In this document: piece by piece, positions 41,181-59,210 of the stretch
Layout: every line of letters starts with the position of its first letter
Position numbering within the stretch: position 1 is the first letter of the stretch
Assembly (NCBI RefSeq): GCF_009914755.1
Contig: NC_060933.1
DNA from: the human T2T-CHM13v2.0 reference genome, Homo sapiens
Reading direction: 5' to 3' (one strand)
DNA length: 64,000 nt
The notes under the pieces: model-generated
The model's database searches: none
What the model was told of the DNA's origin: nothing
Seen by the model: only the letters and a program-made list of their open reading frames with translations
Translations under genes and position numbers: made by a program

Positions 41181-41727
41181 GTATCAGTCAGGATAAAGCC
41201 AGAACAACAGAAACCACACTTGGTATTTCAACAGAGATAATTTAACATAAGGAATTGGCTACGGAGTTTTGGGGAACCAAAAAAGCAAAAAAAAAAAAAA
41301 AAAACCAAAAAAACAGGTCGGGGCAGATATTGAACATAGATATAGTAACTATAGGAAGAAGCTACCACTCCTATGGCTGAGGACACAAAAGGAAGTTTGC
41401 ACCAAAGGAAACTTAAAGGAGAGGCATCTCAGACTTCTGAGGAGGGGCCACTGCCTAACTCTTGCTGGCTCATTGATGAGACATGTTGAGGCTGGTTCTA
41501 GGAATGCCAAAAAAAAGTTGAGTGTTAGAAATGATAGCCACTTGTCAGGAAGGAAGCATATCCTGTCTCACTCCTTCTGCCTTGAAGAACTAACAGGAAG
41601 CCAACTGGCAAAGTAGAAATATAGCTCTCATAGTCCCAGCCCCGTGGTCATAAAGAAGAGTATAAATGTGTGAGTTTGGACTGAGAGAAAATGGCATAAC
41701 AACTGGGACAGCTCATTACTTTGCTTA

Positions 41728-42199
<472 letters not shown>

Positions 42200-44461
42200 T
42201 TAATCTCTGGATTATGTGTTAATTACTCCTCAATTCAGTAAAGTCCCTTATGAACCTTCTGTAACCTAAAGATGAAATTGTAAAGTTAACAATTGCCATT
42301 AATTTTTAAAATTACAGTGGGAAAGGAGAAGAAAAAAAGTTAATATATACAGAAATACATAAATACACACATATACATTAAGCAAGTAAGAAATAATGCT
42401 TAGTTATTAGTCTTTGTATCTGTCTAGTCATGAGCCTGTGGTTAGTGTCCCTTCCTCCCCAGCTCATTTCATGCTTCCTGTACTCTGAGCCAGTATATAC
42501 CAAGTGGTGTGATCCAAACTGTCATTCCTGAAGGGTCTGAATTGTCAGTGGTCCTGTCTTTTCTTGGTTATCGTAGTTTACCATTAACTTTTACTGTCAG
42601 CGATGGGAATATAGGGGTGCCATGTTGCCATGAATGACAGCATCCCCATATATAGTCCTTCGTGGCCTCATTTTGTAGCAGCAACCCAATGTTTCTTTAG
42701 TTGTCAGGATCAATCACTCCAGCCAGTAATTCCCTTCTTTGCCCATTGGTTCAGTTGCATGTGGAGTCTAAAATGGCCATTTAGCTGTTAGAAATTCAAT
42801 GGAAACTGTCTTGGGAATAAAGCAGAGTTCAAATTACGGGAAGCAGAATTCTGTGAAGAAGTATAACAGTGAGAGAAGCCACTTTCCCTTTTGCTCTTTG
42901 ATTACGGACTTGTGTCTTGTGGCTTTGGGAGAAATAGTGCCATACATTGGTCAATGGCTCAAAGCATATGTTGTTCTTTGAAGACAGTCCCAGCCTTACA
43001 AAATGTTTCTCAGCTCATGTTGTAACTGAGTCTGTAGTAGGCCATTCCATTGTTATATCGGGCCAGATATTTCTAGATGGTGGGGTGTGCAGTAAGGCTA
43101 GTTATTTCCATGATTTGCAAACTCTAATTACACTTCTAAGATGTGTTCCTTAGAAGCTGTGTTGAATAGGATACCATGATATTGAGTAAGGAATTATGTG
43201 GTAGTGTTGGCAGAAACACAATGGGCAGAAGAGGCAAATCTATACACAGAATAGTTGTCTATTCTAGCACAAACAAATGGCTTTCATTTCCATGATGGAA
43301 GGGGTGCTTTATAATCAACCTACCAACACAGAGTTGGCTGATCCCCTTGGGAAATGGTGCCATATTGGAGACTCACAGTTTAGATTCTGTTCTTGATAAT
43401 TTGGGAACTCAACAGTGCCAACAGTCAGATTAGCTTGGTAAGGGGAAGTCCATTTTGTTGGGTCTGTGCTTCATTTCTGCCACTATGGCCATTTTGTACA
43501 CAAGCCCATTAAAACAGAAGATGAGGAAAGGTGCTGACTGATAATCCCAGAACAAGTCACTTTGTTCACCCCTATTATTGAGGCCTCCTCTACAATGGAT
43601 GTACCTTGGTAAGCACTCACACAAATTCCTTCACATTTAGTGCCCATTCTGAAAGATCTGTGCATGTGTCTCTTCTTCAGTCTTCCTTGTTATCAATCTT
43701 CCAGGCTTGTTCTTTTCAATTTCCTGACCAGGTGACCAAAGCATTATTCACTGTCCACAGATGAGTGTACATCTGTACCACAGGCCACCCCTCTTTCCTG
43801 GCTGAGGGGACTTCAAGGCATACTGCCAAAACTTCTGCCCTCTTGGAGGGTTTTCCTTCACCATTCCCCTTCAGTGGCATCTCTGAGGGAGTATACTGGT
43901 ACTAGTGTAATGTGGACACACTTCTGTGAACCAGGCCCAAGTTGGTTTAAAAAATTTTTTAAATTTTTTATTTAAAAGATTTTAAATTGACACATAATAA
44001 TTGTACGTATTTATGAGGTACATAGTTATGTTGTGATACATACAATGTATAGTGATCAGATCAGGGTAATTAGCATATCCATCACCTCAAACATTTATCA
44101 TTTCTTTGTGTTGGGAACATTCAATATTCTTTTTCTAGCTATTTGAAACTATAAGATATTGTTAATTATAGTCATCCTATGGTGGCATAGAACACTATAA
44201 CTTATTTCTCCTATCTATTTGTTTCCTTTAACAAAGCTCTATCTCCCTCTTCCCCCTACTCTTCTCAGCCTTTAGTATCCTTTGTTCTACTTTTTACTTC
44301 TATGAGATCAACTTTTTTTAGCTTCCACATGTGAGTGAGAACATGCAGTGTTTGACATTCTGTTCCTGGCTTATTTTGCTTAACGTAATGTCCTCCATTT
44401 CCATCCATGTTGCCCCGAATTACAGGATTTTATTCTTTATTATGGCTGAATAGTACTCCAT

Positions 44462-44625
44462 TGTGTGTGTGTGCATATATATATATATATATATGTATAT
44501 ATATGTGTATATATATATGTATATATGTATATATATGTGTATATATATATGTATATATGTATATATATGTGTATATATATATGTATATATATATATCATT
44601 GTGTGTGTATATAAATATATATATG
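44462..44625. repeat. (TA)n/(TATG)n compound microsatellite
   Basis: Seen directly. Confidence 0.95.
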
Positions 44626-45462
44626 TTTACCACATTTTTCTTATTCATCCATCTGTTGTTGCACACATAGGTTGATTCCTTATCTTGGCTCTCGTGAATA
44701 GTGCTGCAGTAAACATGGGCATGCAGGTTTCTTTTCAATATGTTGATTTCCTTTCCTTTGGATAAATACCCAGTAGAGGAATTTCAGTATCATACTGTGG
44801 CTCTATTTGTAGTTTTTTGAGGAACCTCCATACTGTTCTCCCTACTGGCTGTACTAGTTTATATTCCCACCAAGTGTATGAGAGTTCCCTTCTCTCTGCA
44901 TCCTTGCCAGCACTTTTTTTTTTTTTGTGTGTTTTTGATAATAGCCAGCCTGACTTGGATGAGATGTTATATCATTGTGGTTGTGATTTACATTTCCCTG
45001 ATAATTAGTGATATTGAGCATTTTTTCATATACCTTTTGGTCATTTGCATTTGAAAAATGTCTGTTCAGATCACTTGCCCATTTTTAATCATATTGTTTG
45101 TTTGCTGTTGAGATATTTGCGTTCTTGTGTATTCTGGATATCAATCCCTGGTCAGATGAGTAGTTTGCAGATATTTTCTCCCATTCTGTAAGTTGTCTTT
45201 TCACTGTGTTGATTGTTTTCTTTGCTGTGCAGAAGCTTTTTAGTTTGATATAATCCCATTTATTTTTGCATTTGTTGCCTGTGCTTTTGAGGTCTTATTC
45301 ATAAAGTCTTTTCCCAGAGCAATGTCCTGAAGCATTTCCCCTAAAATCTTTCTTCTAGTACTTTTATAGTTTTGGGTTTTATATTTAGGTCTTTGATCCC
45401 TTTTTAGTTGATTTTTGTGTATGGTGAGAGATAGGGGTCTAGTTTCATTCTTCTGCGTATAG

Positions 45463-45819
<357 letters not shown>

Positions 45820-47049
45820 CCAGCACTGTTTATTGAAGAGATTGTCCTTTCCCCAATGTATGTTCTTGGTCCCTTTGCCAAAAATCAGTTGGCTGTAGAT
45901 ACATAGATTAATTTCTGGGTTCTCTATTCTGTCTCATTGGTCTATGTGTCTGTTTTTATGTCAGTGCCATGCTGTTTTGATTACTATGGCTTTGTGGTAT
46001 ATTTTGAAGTCAGGTAGTATGATGCCTCCAGCTTTGTTTTCTGGCTTGGGTTTGCCTTGGCTATTCAAGATCTTTCGTGGTCCTGTATAAATTTTAGGAT
46101 TTTTTTGTTTTTATGAAGAATGTCATTGGTATTTTGACAGGGATAAGGCCCAAGTGTATTTTCCCCCTCTTTCAACAGGCCATAAGGAGCTCCCCATGAA
46201 ACCACAAGTGCTGGTTGAGGGAGAGGCCAAAAGGCATCAGAAGTAAGTGCTGTGGGGGTCTGGGCCACCTGCTCGTGTAACTTGCTTGTGCTCTGAGCTT
46301 GCTTGAGTCTGATCTTGTACATACTATGTCTATTTGATAATGGATTGCTGCTGCACATTATTATAGCTAGGTCTTGTTCATAATGGGCAAGTTATGTCAT
46401 GTAATTGTTAGGTCATGTAATAGGAATTCCATGGTTAAACAGTTTTTACCAGGGCGTAATAGTGAGCTATGAGCTGCTTCTTTAAGGGGGCAGAGGAGTG
46501 TATGGTTCTGTTAGCTAGCTATGTGTTGTGTCATTTTCCTGTTGAGGCTTGCGTGAGGAGCCATGCAGCACTCTTACCACAGACACTTGGAGCACCACTG
46601 GATAGACAGACTGGAATGACACTGCCTCGACCCACTGTAGAGCCTTCTCTTGCTTCAGGCACCATTCAGAAGTAGCAGCCTTACAAGTTACTTGGTGTAA
46701 CCGGATCAGAGCAGAGCATCCACTTGTGGTTTGTGTTGCCTACAAAATCTAAAGAGGCCGAGGACTGGCACAATAATCCTGAACTTGGAAAACAAAGACT
46801 GCATAACATTACCTATTGATATAGCGGCCAGATGTGACTTTGGTTGTTTTCCCTTCATATGTGGTTGTATACAAAATAGTACATTTTGTTAAGTAGGAAC
46901 TTTTTTGGACTTGTATTATGGTAAGAAACATGTATGTGTGTCCTCCTGTAGGCTGTCTGAATATTTCTTTCTGGTCTACATAGCATCTCTTGGTCTGGGC
47001 AAACTTCCCTTCCCAATTTAGGTGGTTCTGATGAGTAAAGGTAAATTAC

Positions 47050-47560
47050 CAGATAGCAAAGCAAGAGGGCATTCTAGAAAATAAGATCAGTGGAAGCAAA
47101 GGCCTATGGGCATTGTGGGTTCTGGAAGCAGTAATTAGTTCAGTTGAGTAGTAAGTAGCACTAGGGGTGAAGAGTATGAAGAGTGGAGTGGTGGGAGATA
47201 AAACGGGAAATGTTAGGTAGGGCTATACTGGAAGGAGCTTTATGTACCATATGAAGAAAGTGGACAAAATCCTATGCTGAGGGAAAAGTAGTGATTTTTT
47301 TTTTACAGGACTGTGATGTGATCACATCACATTGATATGAAAGATATTCCATGAGGGAGAATTTGAGATGAGCAATACTAGGGGTAGAGCTATTATTTAA
47401 GATTACCTAGTAATTCTGAATAAAATGATGAGACATGAGCTAAGTAAGGTAGTGTGAATTAGAGGAGAAAATGAATTTAAATGATACATAGGAAGTGGAA
47501 TTGACAGACTTGGTGGCTGACTATGTGGAGTGGGAAGAGAGAACAGGAATTTATGTATGT
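47050..47560 (-). mobile_element. L2 remnant
   Basis: Purine-rich L2-like body (GAATTGACAGACTTGGTGGCTGA). Confidence 0.5.
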
Positions 47561-47636
47561 GGTTAAAAATTATATACTTGTATGAAACAATCTGGTTTGA
47601 GCTTGAGTGGGGTTCAGAGAGATCTGGGCCTAGTGT

Positions 47637-47754
47637 AGAGTGACCAGCTGTTCTGGTTTATCCAAGATTAAGGGATTTCGATTTCCTGGGATGTGAGACT
47701 TCCAATGCTAAAACTGTGAAAGTCCCCAGCAAACCAGGACAAATTGGTCATGCT
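47637..47754 (+). mobile_element. MER94-like hAT-Blackjack MITE
   Basis: TIRs AGAGTGACCA / TGGTCATGCT; internal TGCTAAAAC..AAAGTCCC..GCAAACC. Confidence 0.7.
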
Positions 47755-48336
47755 AGCCTAATATGAATGGGCGGACAGATTAGTGACAGGAGCTTATCGG
47801 CATAAGCACTGAAACACCTTCTGGGATAACCATGACCTGGCAAGAGAGCCTTTAGTGGTGCAAAGAAATGGTGATCCTTGATAATGCATGGTAGTTGCTA
47901 TTCAAATCTACCTCCCAATGGATCCAATCTGGGGTCCCACGGAGAAAGGAGGCTGGAAGTAAAATACGAAAGAACTGTTTCACTAATCTGTGACCCCGTT
48001 TAACAGAGTGTAACTCAGAGAGGACAGATTCTTTCTCACCGTGGACTACCCCACAGCTCTGGAAACCTGAGGGCTTTAGTACATTGGGAGATTCAGTTAA
48101 ATACAGGTTGGGGGAGTTCCAAGGGATGGAGAGGGTGGGGAAAGGGAGAAGGAGGAACTGGTAACCTGTACTGGTACAAGAAAAACTAAAATACTTAGCA
48201 GAACAGAATAACATCTGTGCAGTGGGGTATAAGTCAGTGAAATATGAGTTATTACAGCACAGGTGACATCAGCAGGCTTTTCTTGAAGCAATTCCTTTCA
48301 GAAGGAAAGAATGTGTTGATTACTTTCTTTGTTATG

Positions 48337-48355
48337 TTGCGCCATCTACTGGTAA
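48337..48355 (-). promoter_or_regulatory. CTCF core motif
   Basis: Minus strand reads TTACCAGTAGATGGCGCAA, matching CCAGYAGRKGGCGC. Confidence 0.65.
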
Positions 48356-48435
48356 CTCTCATGTACTTTTTTCCTAGTTAGATGTTTAAAAGAAGACAGA
48401 TGAATTAAAAACTTGAGAACTGTTTCCAAAGTCGT

Positions 48436-48600
48436 CATTTATTCGTTCGTTCGTTCATTCATTCATTCATTCATTCATTCACTTCACAAATACTGAGTGA
48501 GTATGTATACCTTCTATATTGCAGTTACATTTCTAGGCATTGGGGTTACAGCTGTGAACAAAACTGAAAGAACCCTGAACTCATGGAAGCTTACTTTGAT
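48436..48600 (-). mobile_element. L2 3' end with (TTCA)n
   Basis: (TTCG)/(TTCA) array followed by L2-like sequence. Confidence 0.65.
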
Positions 48601-48609
48601 GAAAGAGTA

Positions 48610-49618
48610 CATTTCATTTTTTTCCCATGTGAATGTTCTGTTTTCAAAGCACCATTTACTGAAAAGATTATTTTTTTTTCTTTAGGACTCTGCAGTGCCG
48701 TTACTGTTATATATGAAGTGTCCATTTATATGTGAGTCATTGCCTATCTTGGTTATGCTCCATTGATTTATTTGTCAATTTCTGTGACAATATCATATTG
48801 TCTTTATCATTTTACTTTATAATCATTGTTAATATTTAGTACATCAAGAACTCCCACCTCATTTTTTAAAAGAATGTTTTGGATAGTCTTGGCCTTTAAA
48901 TTTTCCATAAAGTTTAAAATCAGTCTGTCAAATTCTGTCAAAAAAAAAAAAACCCTCCTGGGAATATTTATTGGGATTGAACTGAATCATTAAATCATTT
49001 TAGAGTGAACTGATATTTTTATACTATTGAGCCTTCCAATCACGATTTACTTCAGTTTTCCTTAGTGTCTTTCAATAGACATAAAAGTCTTATATATCTT
49101 TTGGTACACTTATTTGTAGATACTTGATTTTTTTAGGCTAAAAAGGCATCTTTAAAAAATCATTTGCTAACAATTATGGCTGGTGTTTGGAAATGTAACT
49201 ACTTTTGTCATATTGATTATTCATCTAGGGATTTTGCTAAATGCTCTTATAATTCAAATAAATCTCTTTTTCCTACATATACAATTTATCATTTGTAGAT
49301 AATTATACCATTAATTTGTTTTTCTTATCCTTCATGTACTAGTTAGAAGCTCTAGTACAACACAGAATAGAAATGGTGATATTAGACACCCTTTAATTGT
49401 TCCTGACTTTACAGGAAAAGCTTTTGACATAAAACATTACTTTTCTTTGGTTTTCTACAGATACTTTTTATTAGATTAAGAACTTTCATTCTATTTCTTT
49501 TTTCTTAAGTGTTTAAAAATCTTGAATGGATATTAAGTTTTATCAAATGCTTTAGAAATTTTGCATCTATGTAGAAATACTGTAACTTTTTTTCTGCTTG
49601 AATCTCTTAATGTGGTGA
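48610..49618 (-). mobile_element. Old L1M(E) ORF2 remnant
   Basis: T-rich degraded antisense ORF2 (TTGGGATTGAACTGAAT..AATAGAAATGGTGA). Confidence 0.65.
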
Positions 49619-51900
<2,282 letters not shown>

Positions 51901-52700
51901 TTTTGAGTTGTGTGAGTTCTTTACATATTCTACATACCTAACTCATCAGGTAAATTATTTGCAAAAGTTTTCTCCCATTTTATGGGTTGTCTTTCCACTT
52001 TGTTGTTAGTATTCTTTGATACACTAAAGTTTTGTATTTTGATGAATTCTAATTTATTTTTTTCTTTTGATTGTGCTTTTGGTGTCATATCTAAGAAACC
52101 ATTCCCAGCTGTGCATGGTAGTGTGCGCCTGTTGTCCCAGTTACTTGGGAGGCTGAGGCGGGAGGATCCCTTGAGCCCAGGAGTTTGAGGTTTTAATACT
52201 GTACTGTAGTGAAACAGTGTATTATAGTGAAACAGCATAGTGAAACTTTGTCTCTAAAAAAAAAAAATTCTTTTTAAAGAAATAAATCTTTGCTAAATCC
52301 AAGATAATCATTTATTCCTATATTTTCTTCTAAGAGTTTCATAGTTTTAGCTCTTATGTTTAGATTTTTTATCCATTGTGAGTTAACTTTTGTAAATGGT
52401 CTGAGGTAAGGGCCTAGCGTTATTTTGTGGGACAGTTTTCTTCTTGTGTCATTTGTAATTTTATATTTTTCTAAAATAATTTCTATTTCATCCATATATT
52501 CAAATTTATTAAAGTTGCTTATAATATGCTTTGTTAGCTTTTAAATATCTGTATTATTGGTAAGAGTAGCTCCCCCTTTTTATATGATACTGTTACTTGT
52601 GCTTTCTTTTTTTCTTGTCTAATTTTGCCAGTGGTTTGTCAATTTTATTAGTCTTTTTAAATAGAAACCACTACTAGCAAAGAAATAGAACATTGTCAGT
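51901..52700 (-). mobile_element. Old L1 ORF2 fragments
   Basis: Antisense remnants (FLDMTPKAQ; WIKNLNIRAKTMKLLEENIG). Confidence 0.75.
52108..52267 (+). mobile_element. Fossil Alu monomer (FAM/FLAM-like) with rearranged centre
   Basis: Alu/7SL-like 5' part and tail; centre contains TAGTGAAAC three times. Confidence 0.7.
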
Positions 52701-52759
52701 CTTTCTTCTTTTCTGAGCACTGATGATGCTCTAGACCTTGGCCTAGATAGTTGGGTTTT

Positions 52760-53058
<299 letters not shown>

Positions 53059-53394
53059 TAACTCGTTTTTGCTACATATTACTCAACTACATATTACTCA
53101 ACTAATGTTTTTGCTAAACATTACTCATTCATTCAATACATATTTTGAGCACCTACTATGTATTGAGGATACATCAGTGAACAGACAGGAAATTCTGTTC
53201 TCATGAAGCTTACATTCTGGTCGGGGAGATAGATAATAAATAAAATAAGTAAATTACATAATATTTTAGTACCTTAGAAGGGATTAAGGGCTGTGAAGAA
53301 AAATAACTGGAGAAATGGATAAGGAGGGAACAGACTACTGGAATTTTTTAAAAAATGGTAGACATGTAAGACCTCATTGAGGGTACATATTTTT

Positions 53395-54510
<1,116 letters not shown>

Positions 54511-56074
54511 ACCTGGCTAATCTGAATTTATATCAGAAATGAAAGCTTAATTTTGATTAATAAAACCAATCGATATAATTCACTTTATTAAGAAATACTG
54601 GAAAAAGTTATTTGATCATCTCCGTGGACACACAGTTTGATGAAATTTACCAAATATTCATGATAAAAATTCTTAGCATACTAGAATAAAAGAAAATTTC
54701 CTGCCAACTAGGTCAGGACAAAAATGAAAAAAAAAAAAAAAAGAAAAAAGAAAATTTCCTTGGTACAATGAAAGGTATGTACAATGTAATACCTAGAGCA
54801 ACCACTTAAAAAAATCTATATGAAGAGATACACTCGAAAACACTATCAATAAATCAAAATGGAATTCTGAAAAATGTTCAAGTAATCCACAGAAAGGCAA
54901 GAAAAGAGAAACAGAGGAAACAAAAAAACAAAGGGAACAAACAGAAAAGAAAAAATAAAATGTCAGACCTACGCCCTAACATATCAGTATTAATAATCAG
55001 TGAGCTCTGGACTCTCTTCTTTATCCCCTTTGCCGCTCAAGGTTTTCAAAAGCACCACTCATTCTCTTAAAGGACTTTTATTAAATAGGCAGATGACCCC
55101 AGGGGAAAGGTCATCTCAAATGCCGGGCTAACCCTCCTGAGCCTCTGTCTTTCTGGCTCAGTAATTACCCTCCTGGCTAAGTAATTCCAAAGAGTTATGG
55201 TAGATTTCTGATGTCACAAAGAAAATTTTTAAAAAATACTTTTTTCAGCTTTGTTTTAGGGCCTCAGCCTTAGATTGTATTTCCTAGTGCAGTTTTTTAA
55301 AAAAAAAATCGGTGACCTCTCTCATCTAATGCTTTCTCTGTTCTTGTAGATGCTTTACTTTTTCCCTGTCATTTTGATGAGATTTGGGGCAAGACCATGG
55401 AAAAGGATGTAAAGATGGCACAGGCTCATTATTCCCTGAGCTTCTATCCTCTAAGATCCTAGGCTGGGAATTCTACGTAATCTTGTTAGCTCTGTGATGT
55501 CCTCAATTGGTAAAAGAGTTGGATCTTATTTCCTAGACTAGAGATTGACAAATTATGGCCTGTGGTCTGCCTATTTTTGCATGACCCATGAGCTAATAAT
55601 TTTTTGCTTTACATTTCTTAAACTTGTTTTTGAATAGTTTTAGATTTACAAAAATTTGTGAAAATAGTAGAGTTCCCATATGACCCACACCCTATTTCCC
55701 CTATTATTAACATCTTACATTAGTATAGTACATTTGTCACAATTAATGAGCCAATATTGATGCATATTATTGACTCAAGTCTACACTTTTGATTTCCTTA
55801 GTTTTTATCTAATGTCCTTTTTCTGTTCCAGGCTCCCAACCAAGATTCCTCACTATGTTTACTAATCAAATCTCTTGAGACTCCTCTTGGCTTTGACAAT
55901 TTCTCAAACTTTCCTTGTTTATGATGACTTTGACAGTTTGAGGAGTGTTAATAACTGCAAAGTTTCGAGGGCCTACAGAATGTCTCTCAGTTGGGATTTG
56001 TCTGATGTGTTTATCAAGAACACACTAAAGTTATGGGTTTTTGGGTGGAAGACCACAAAGATAAATTGCCTATA

Positions 56075-57313
56075 ATAGACTCATGAGACTGTCATAACAA
56101 AGTACCACAAATTATGTGACTTTCAAATAGCAGATATTTATTCTTTCTCACAGTTCTGGAGGCCAGAAGTCTAAAAGTGTTAACCGGGTTGGTTTCTTCT
56201 GACAGCTGTGAGGAAGAATCTATTCCACAACTCTCTCCTTAGCTTCTGGCGATGACTGTCAATTTTTGGTGTTCCTTGGCTTATAAATACATCATTCTGA
56301 TTTCTGCCTCTGTCTTCACCTAGCTATCCTCTCTGTGTGTCTGTCAAAATTTCCCTCTTCTTATAAAACACATAAGTCATATTGGATTAAGGCCCACCTT
56401 GATGACCTCACCTTAACTAATTGTAACTGCAAAGACTATTTGCAAATAAGGTTCCATTCATAAGGTTTGGGGTAGACAAAACTTGAGAACAGAGACTCAT
56501 TTTCTTCTAAAATGCTTTCTCTGAAAGATTTTTAAAAAGAAAAGGGTGGAAATTTGAAAGAAAAATAAGTCTCAGGACCCCAAAATCAGTAAGCCAAAGG
56601 GAAAAGTCAAGCTGGGAACTGTGTTAGGCAAACTTGCCTCCCATTTTATTCCCAAATAAGATAGCCACAAAGATTTAAAAAAAAAAAAAAAGCTACACAC
56701 CTTCCTCACAATTTATCCACAAGGAAATTTCTTGTGGGCCTCAAGATCTTTACCCTAAAACAGTTCTGTTGAATTTCACCCTGGCAAAGTAAATTGGTAG
56801 CTTATCTTCACAGGTGCAGGTCAAAGACAGAACTCAAAAGTGATCCCTCTGCTCACCTGAGACAAACGCACACCTGATTGCTTGCTCTGCCCTGTTGTTT
56901 ATGTAAAAATGTAGATTCGCTAAGCCAGACTAAGGCATAAGAGATTATTCCTCTACCCTCCTCTCACATGTAAATTGTGTATTCAGTGAAAGGCTAATCA
57001 GGCTCAAAAGAATTAGCCTTTTCTCTCTTATCTACCTATGACCTGAAAGTCGTCCTCCTTCCTACCTGTTTGAGTTGTCATGCCTTTTCAGACCGAACCA
57101 ATGTACATCTTGCACGTATTGATTAATGTCTCATGTCTCCCTAAAATGTATAAAACTAAGCTGTGCCCCAACTACCTTGGACACATGTCGACAGGACCTC
57201 CTGAGGCGGTGTCGCAGGTGCATCCTTAATCTTGGGAAAATAAACTTTCTAAATTGGGGGAAAAAAAGAACTTCAGCACATCTTTTTTGGGGGACACAAT
57301 TTAACTCATAACA
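56075..57313 (-). mobile_element. MaLR LTR (MLT1B/C-like), split (56075-~56480 and 57268-57313)
   Basis: CATAACAAAGTACCACAAA..CACAGTTCTGGAGGCCAGAAGTC..; resumes ACTTCAGCACATCTTTTTTGGGGGACACA. Confidence 0.8.
56481..57267 (+). mobile_element. MER4A-like LTR with upstream internal stub/PPT, truncated after the poly(A) signal
   Basis: GGACCCCAAAATCAGTAAGCCAAAGGGAAAAGTCAAGCTGGGAAC; polypurine tract 56534-56552; AATAAA 57239-57244 then an A run. Confidence 0.8.
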
Positions 57314-58752
57314 GTGCCATTCTCATCACATCGTATGAAGGACACGAGTTATCAACATGGCTTATCACTGTTGATGTTAACCTTAATAACTTGGCTATGG
57401 TAGTTTTTGTCAAGTTTCTCCACGGTAAAGTTACTCTCTTCCTCCCTGCTTCTAAATTATTCTCTTTGGACAGAAGTCATTATGTTCAGCCCACACTTAC
57501 TAAGCCAGAAGGATGGGAAATTATTCTCTACCTCCTTGAGGGCAGAGTATTCACATCAATTATTTGGAATTCTTTTGCAATCATTCATTTATTCATATCT
57601 GTGTGGACTCATGGATGTTTGTTTTATATTTTGGGTTAGAATTCAGTTCTACATTATTTATTTTGTTGCTCAAATTGTTCCATTGGAAGCTCTTTTAGTT
57701 GGCTTCTTTTTGCCTTTGACATACTCTTTTCATTGTGTTCTTTTTGGGCACTTCCTTGCTTCTGGGACTAGAATATACTCCAGGATCATCTTGGGATCAT
57801 CGGCATGGGTAGGGAAAATGTACAGAAATGGTATGAGAATGTGTCCCCTTTTTGTACATATTCCATACCCATCCTCTGGAATCAGCCATTTCTTCAAGGA
57901 GCTCTGATTCCTTTTATTGGAGAATGGTATTAAAAACCAAAATTTTGGTTCTAGGTCTATTTGTTGCTACTGGAGTGTCATTGTTTCTAAGCCCCACTCA
58001 GCTGACAGAACAAGGAAATATATGTTTCTACTAACCTGTGTATACACACATATGTTTATAAACATTTCTACATGTATTCATTTGTATCGATATTAAGCTA
58101 AACATGAGTTCATATTGATGTCTCCAACTCTCATGCATTACCACATGGATCATTCCGGCCCCCTCCTCTGGTTTGTCTGTAATCTCACATTCCAACAGTA
58201 AGAAACATGGCTCCCACCATCCACCATCCATTTACTTAACTGTTCAATTCCAGTATGTCCATGTATGGTGGTTTCAGAATTATTAACCTGTACCCCCATG
58301 GAAACAACAATTTGACCAACTAGAGTCCAGCACTTATGTACAGTTCCTTTTTAGTCTTACAGTCTCCACTCATTTCCAAAGTTAGGTCAGGATGTTTTCC
58401 TCACAAACTCTTCAGTGAGATCATTTCATGCATTTGTAATACATTTAGATTATTTTTTGTCACACTCTATATTCTGTCCTGTGATCTCCTTACCCCCTAT
58501 ATGATTTTTCAAAAATTTGCATACATTAAGATGTGGTTGGTGCTGTAAAGTTCTATGGGCTTTGACATAAGCATAGTGACATGTATCAACCATTACAGAA
58601 TCATACAGAATAGTTTCACTATCCTGAAAAATCCCATGGGCTTCACTTATTTAGCCCTCCCTTCCCCAAGGTCCTGGCAATCACTGATCTGTTTACCATC
58701 TCTATAGTTTTGCCTTTTCCAAAATGTCATGTAAATTGAATCATACATAATC

Positions 58753-59171
58753 TGTGATAGTCAATTTTATGTATAAACTTGAATGAGTTAAGGGATGCCC
58801 AGGTAGCTGCTAAAACATTATTTCTGTCTATGAAGGTGTTTGTGGAAGAGATTAGCATTTGGGTCAGTGAGACTGAGTAAAGAAGATCTGCTCTCACCAA
58901 TGTGAGTGGGCATCATCCAATTTATTGAGTGTCTGAGTAGATCCAAAGGGTAGGGAGAGGGTGAATTTGCTCCCTCTTTCAGCTGGGCCATCCATCTTCT
59001 CCTGCCCTCAGACGTTGGCCCTCCAGGTGCTCAGGACTTAGTGTTTGAACTGAATTACACCACCAGCTTTCTTGGTTCTCCAGCTTGCAGATGGCAGAGT
59101 GTGGGACTTCTCAGACTCAACAGTGTGAGCCAATTCCTATAATAAATTTTCTCTTTCTTTCTGTGTTATCA

Positions 59172-59210
<39 letters not shown>

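Larger units (their letters stand above)
55620..58750 (-). mobile_element. L1MC/MD-type 3' region hosting MLT1 and MER4 insertions
   Basis: L1M 3' UTR motifs continue across the 56075-57313 insertion. Confidence 0.7.

Noticed and set aside
44407-44738. Tyr/Ile-rich ORFs (also 62293-62638 and 60721-61023)
   Set aside because: Microsatellite translations
53072-53104. 15-bp tandem duplication CTACATATTACTCAA
   Set aside because: Ordinary slippage duplication with no further structure
57407-57907. 166-aa hydrophobic ORF
   Set aside because: T-rich antisense strand of an old L1; no domain features
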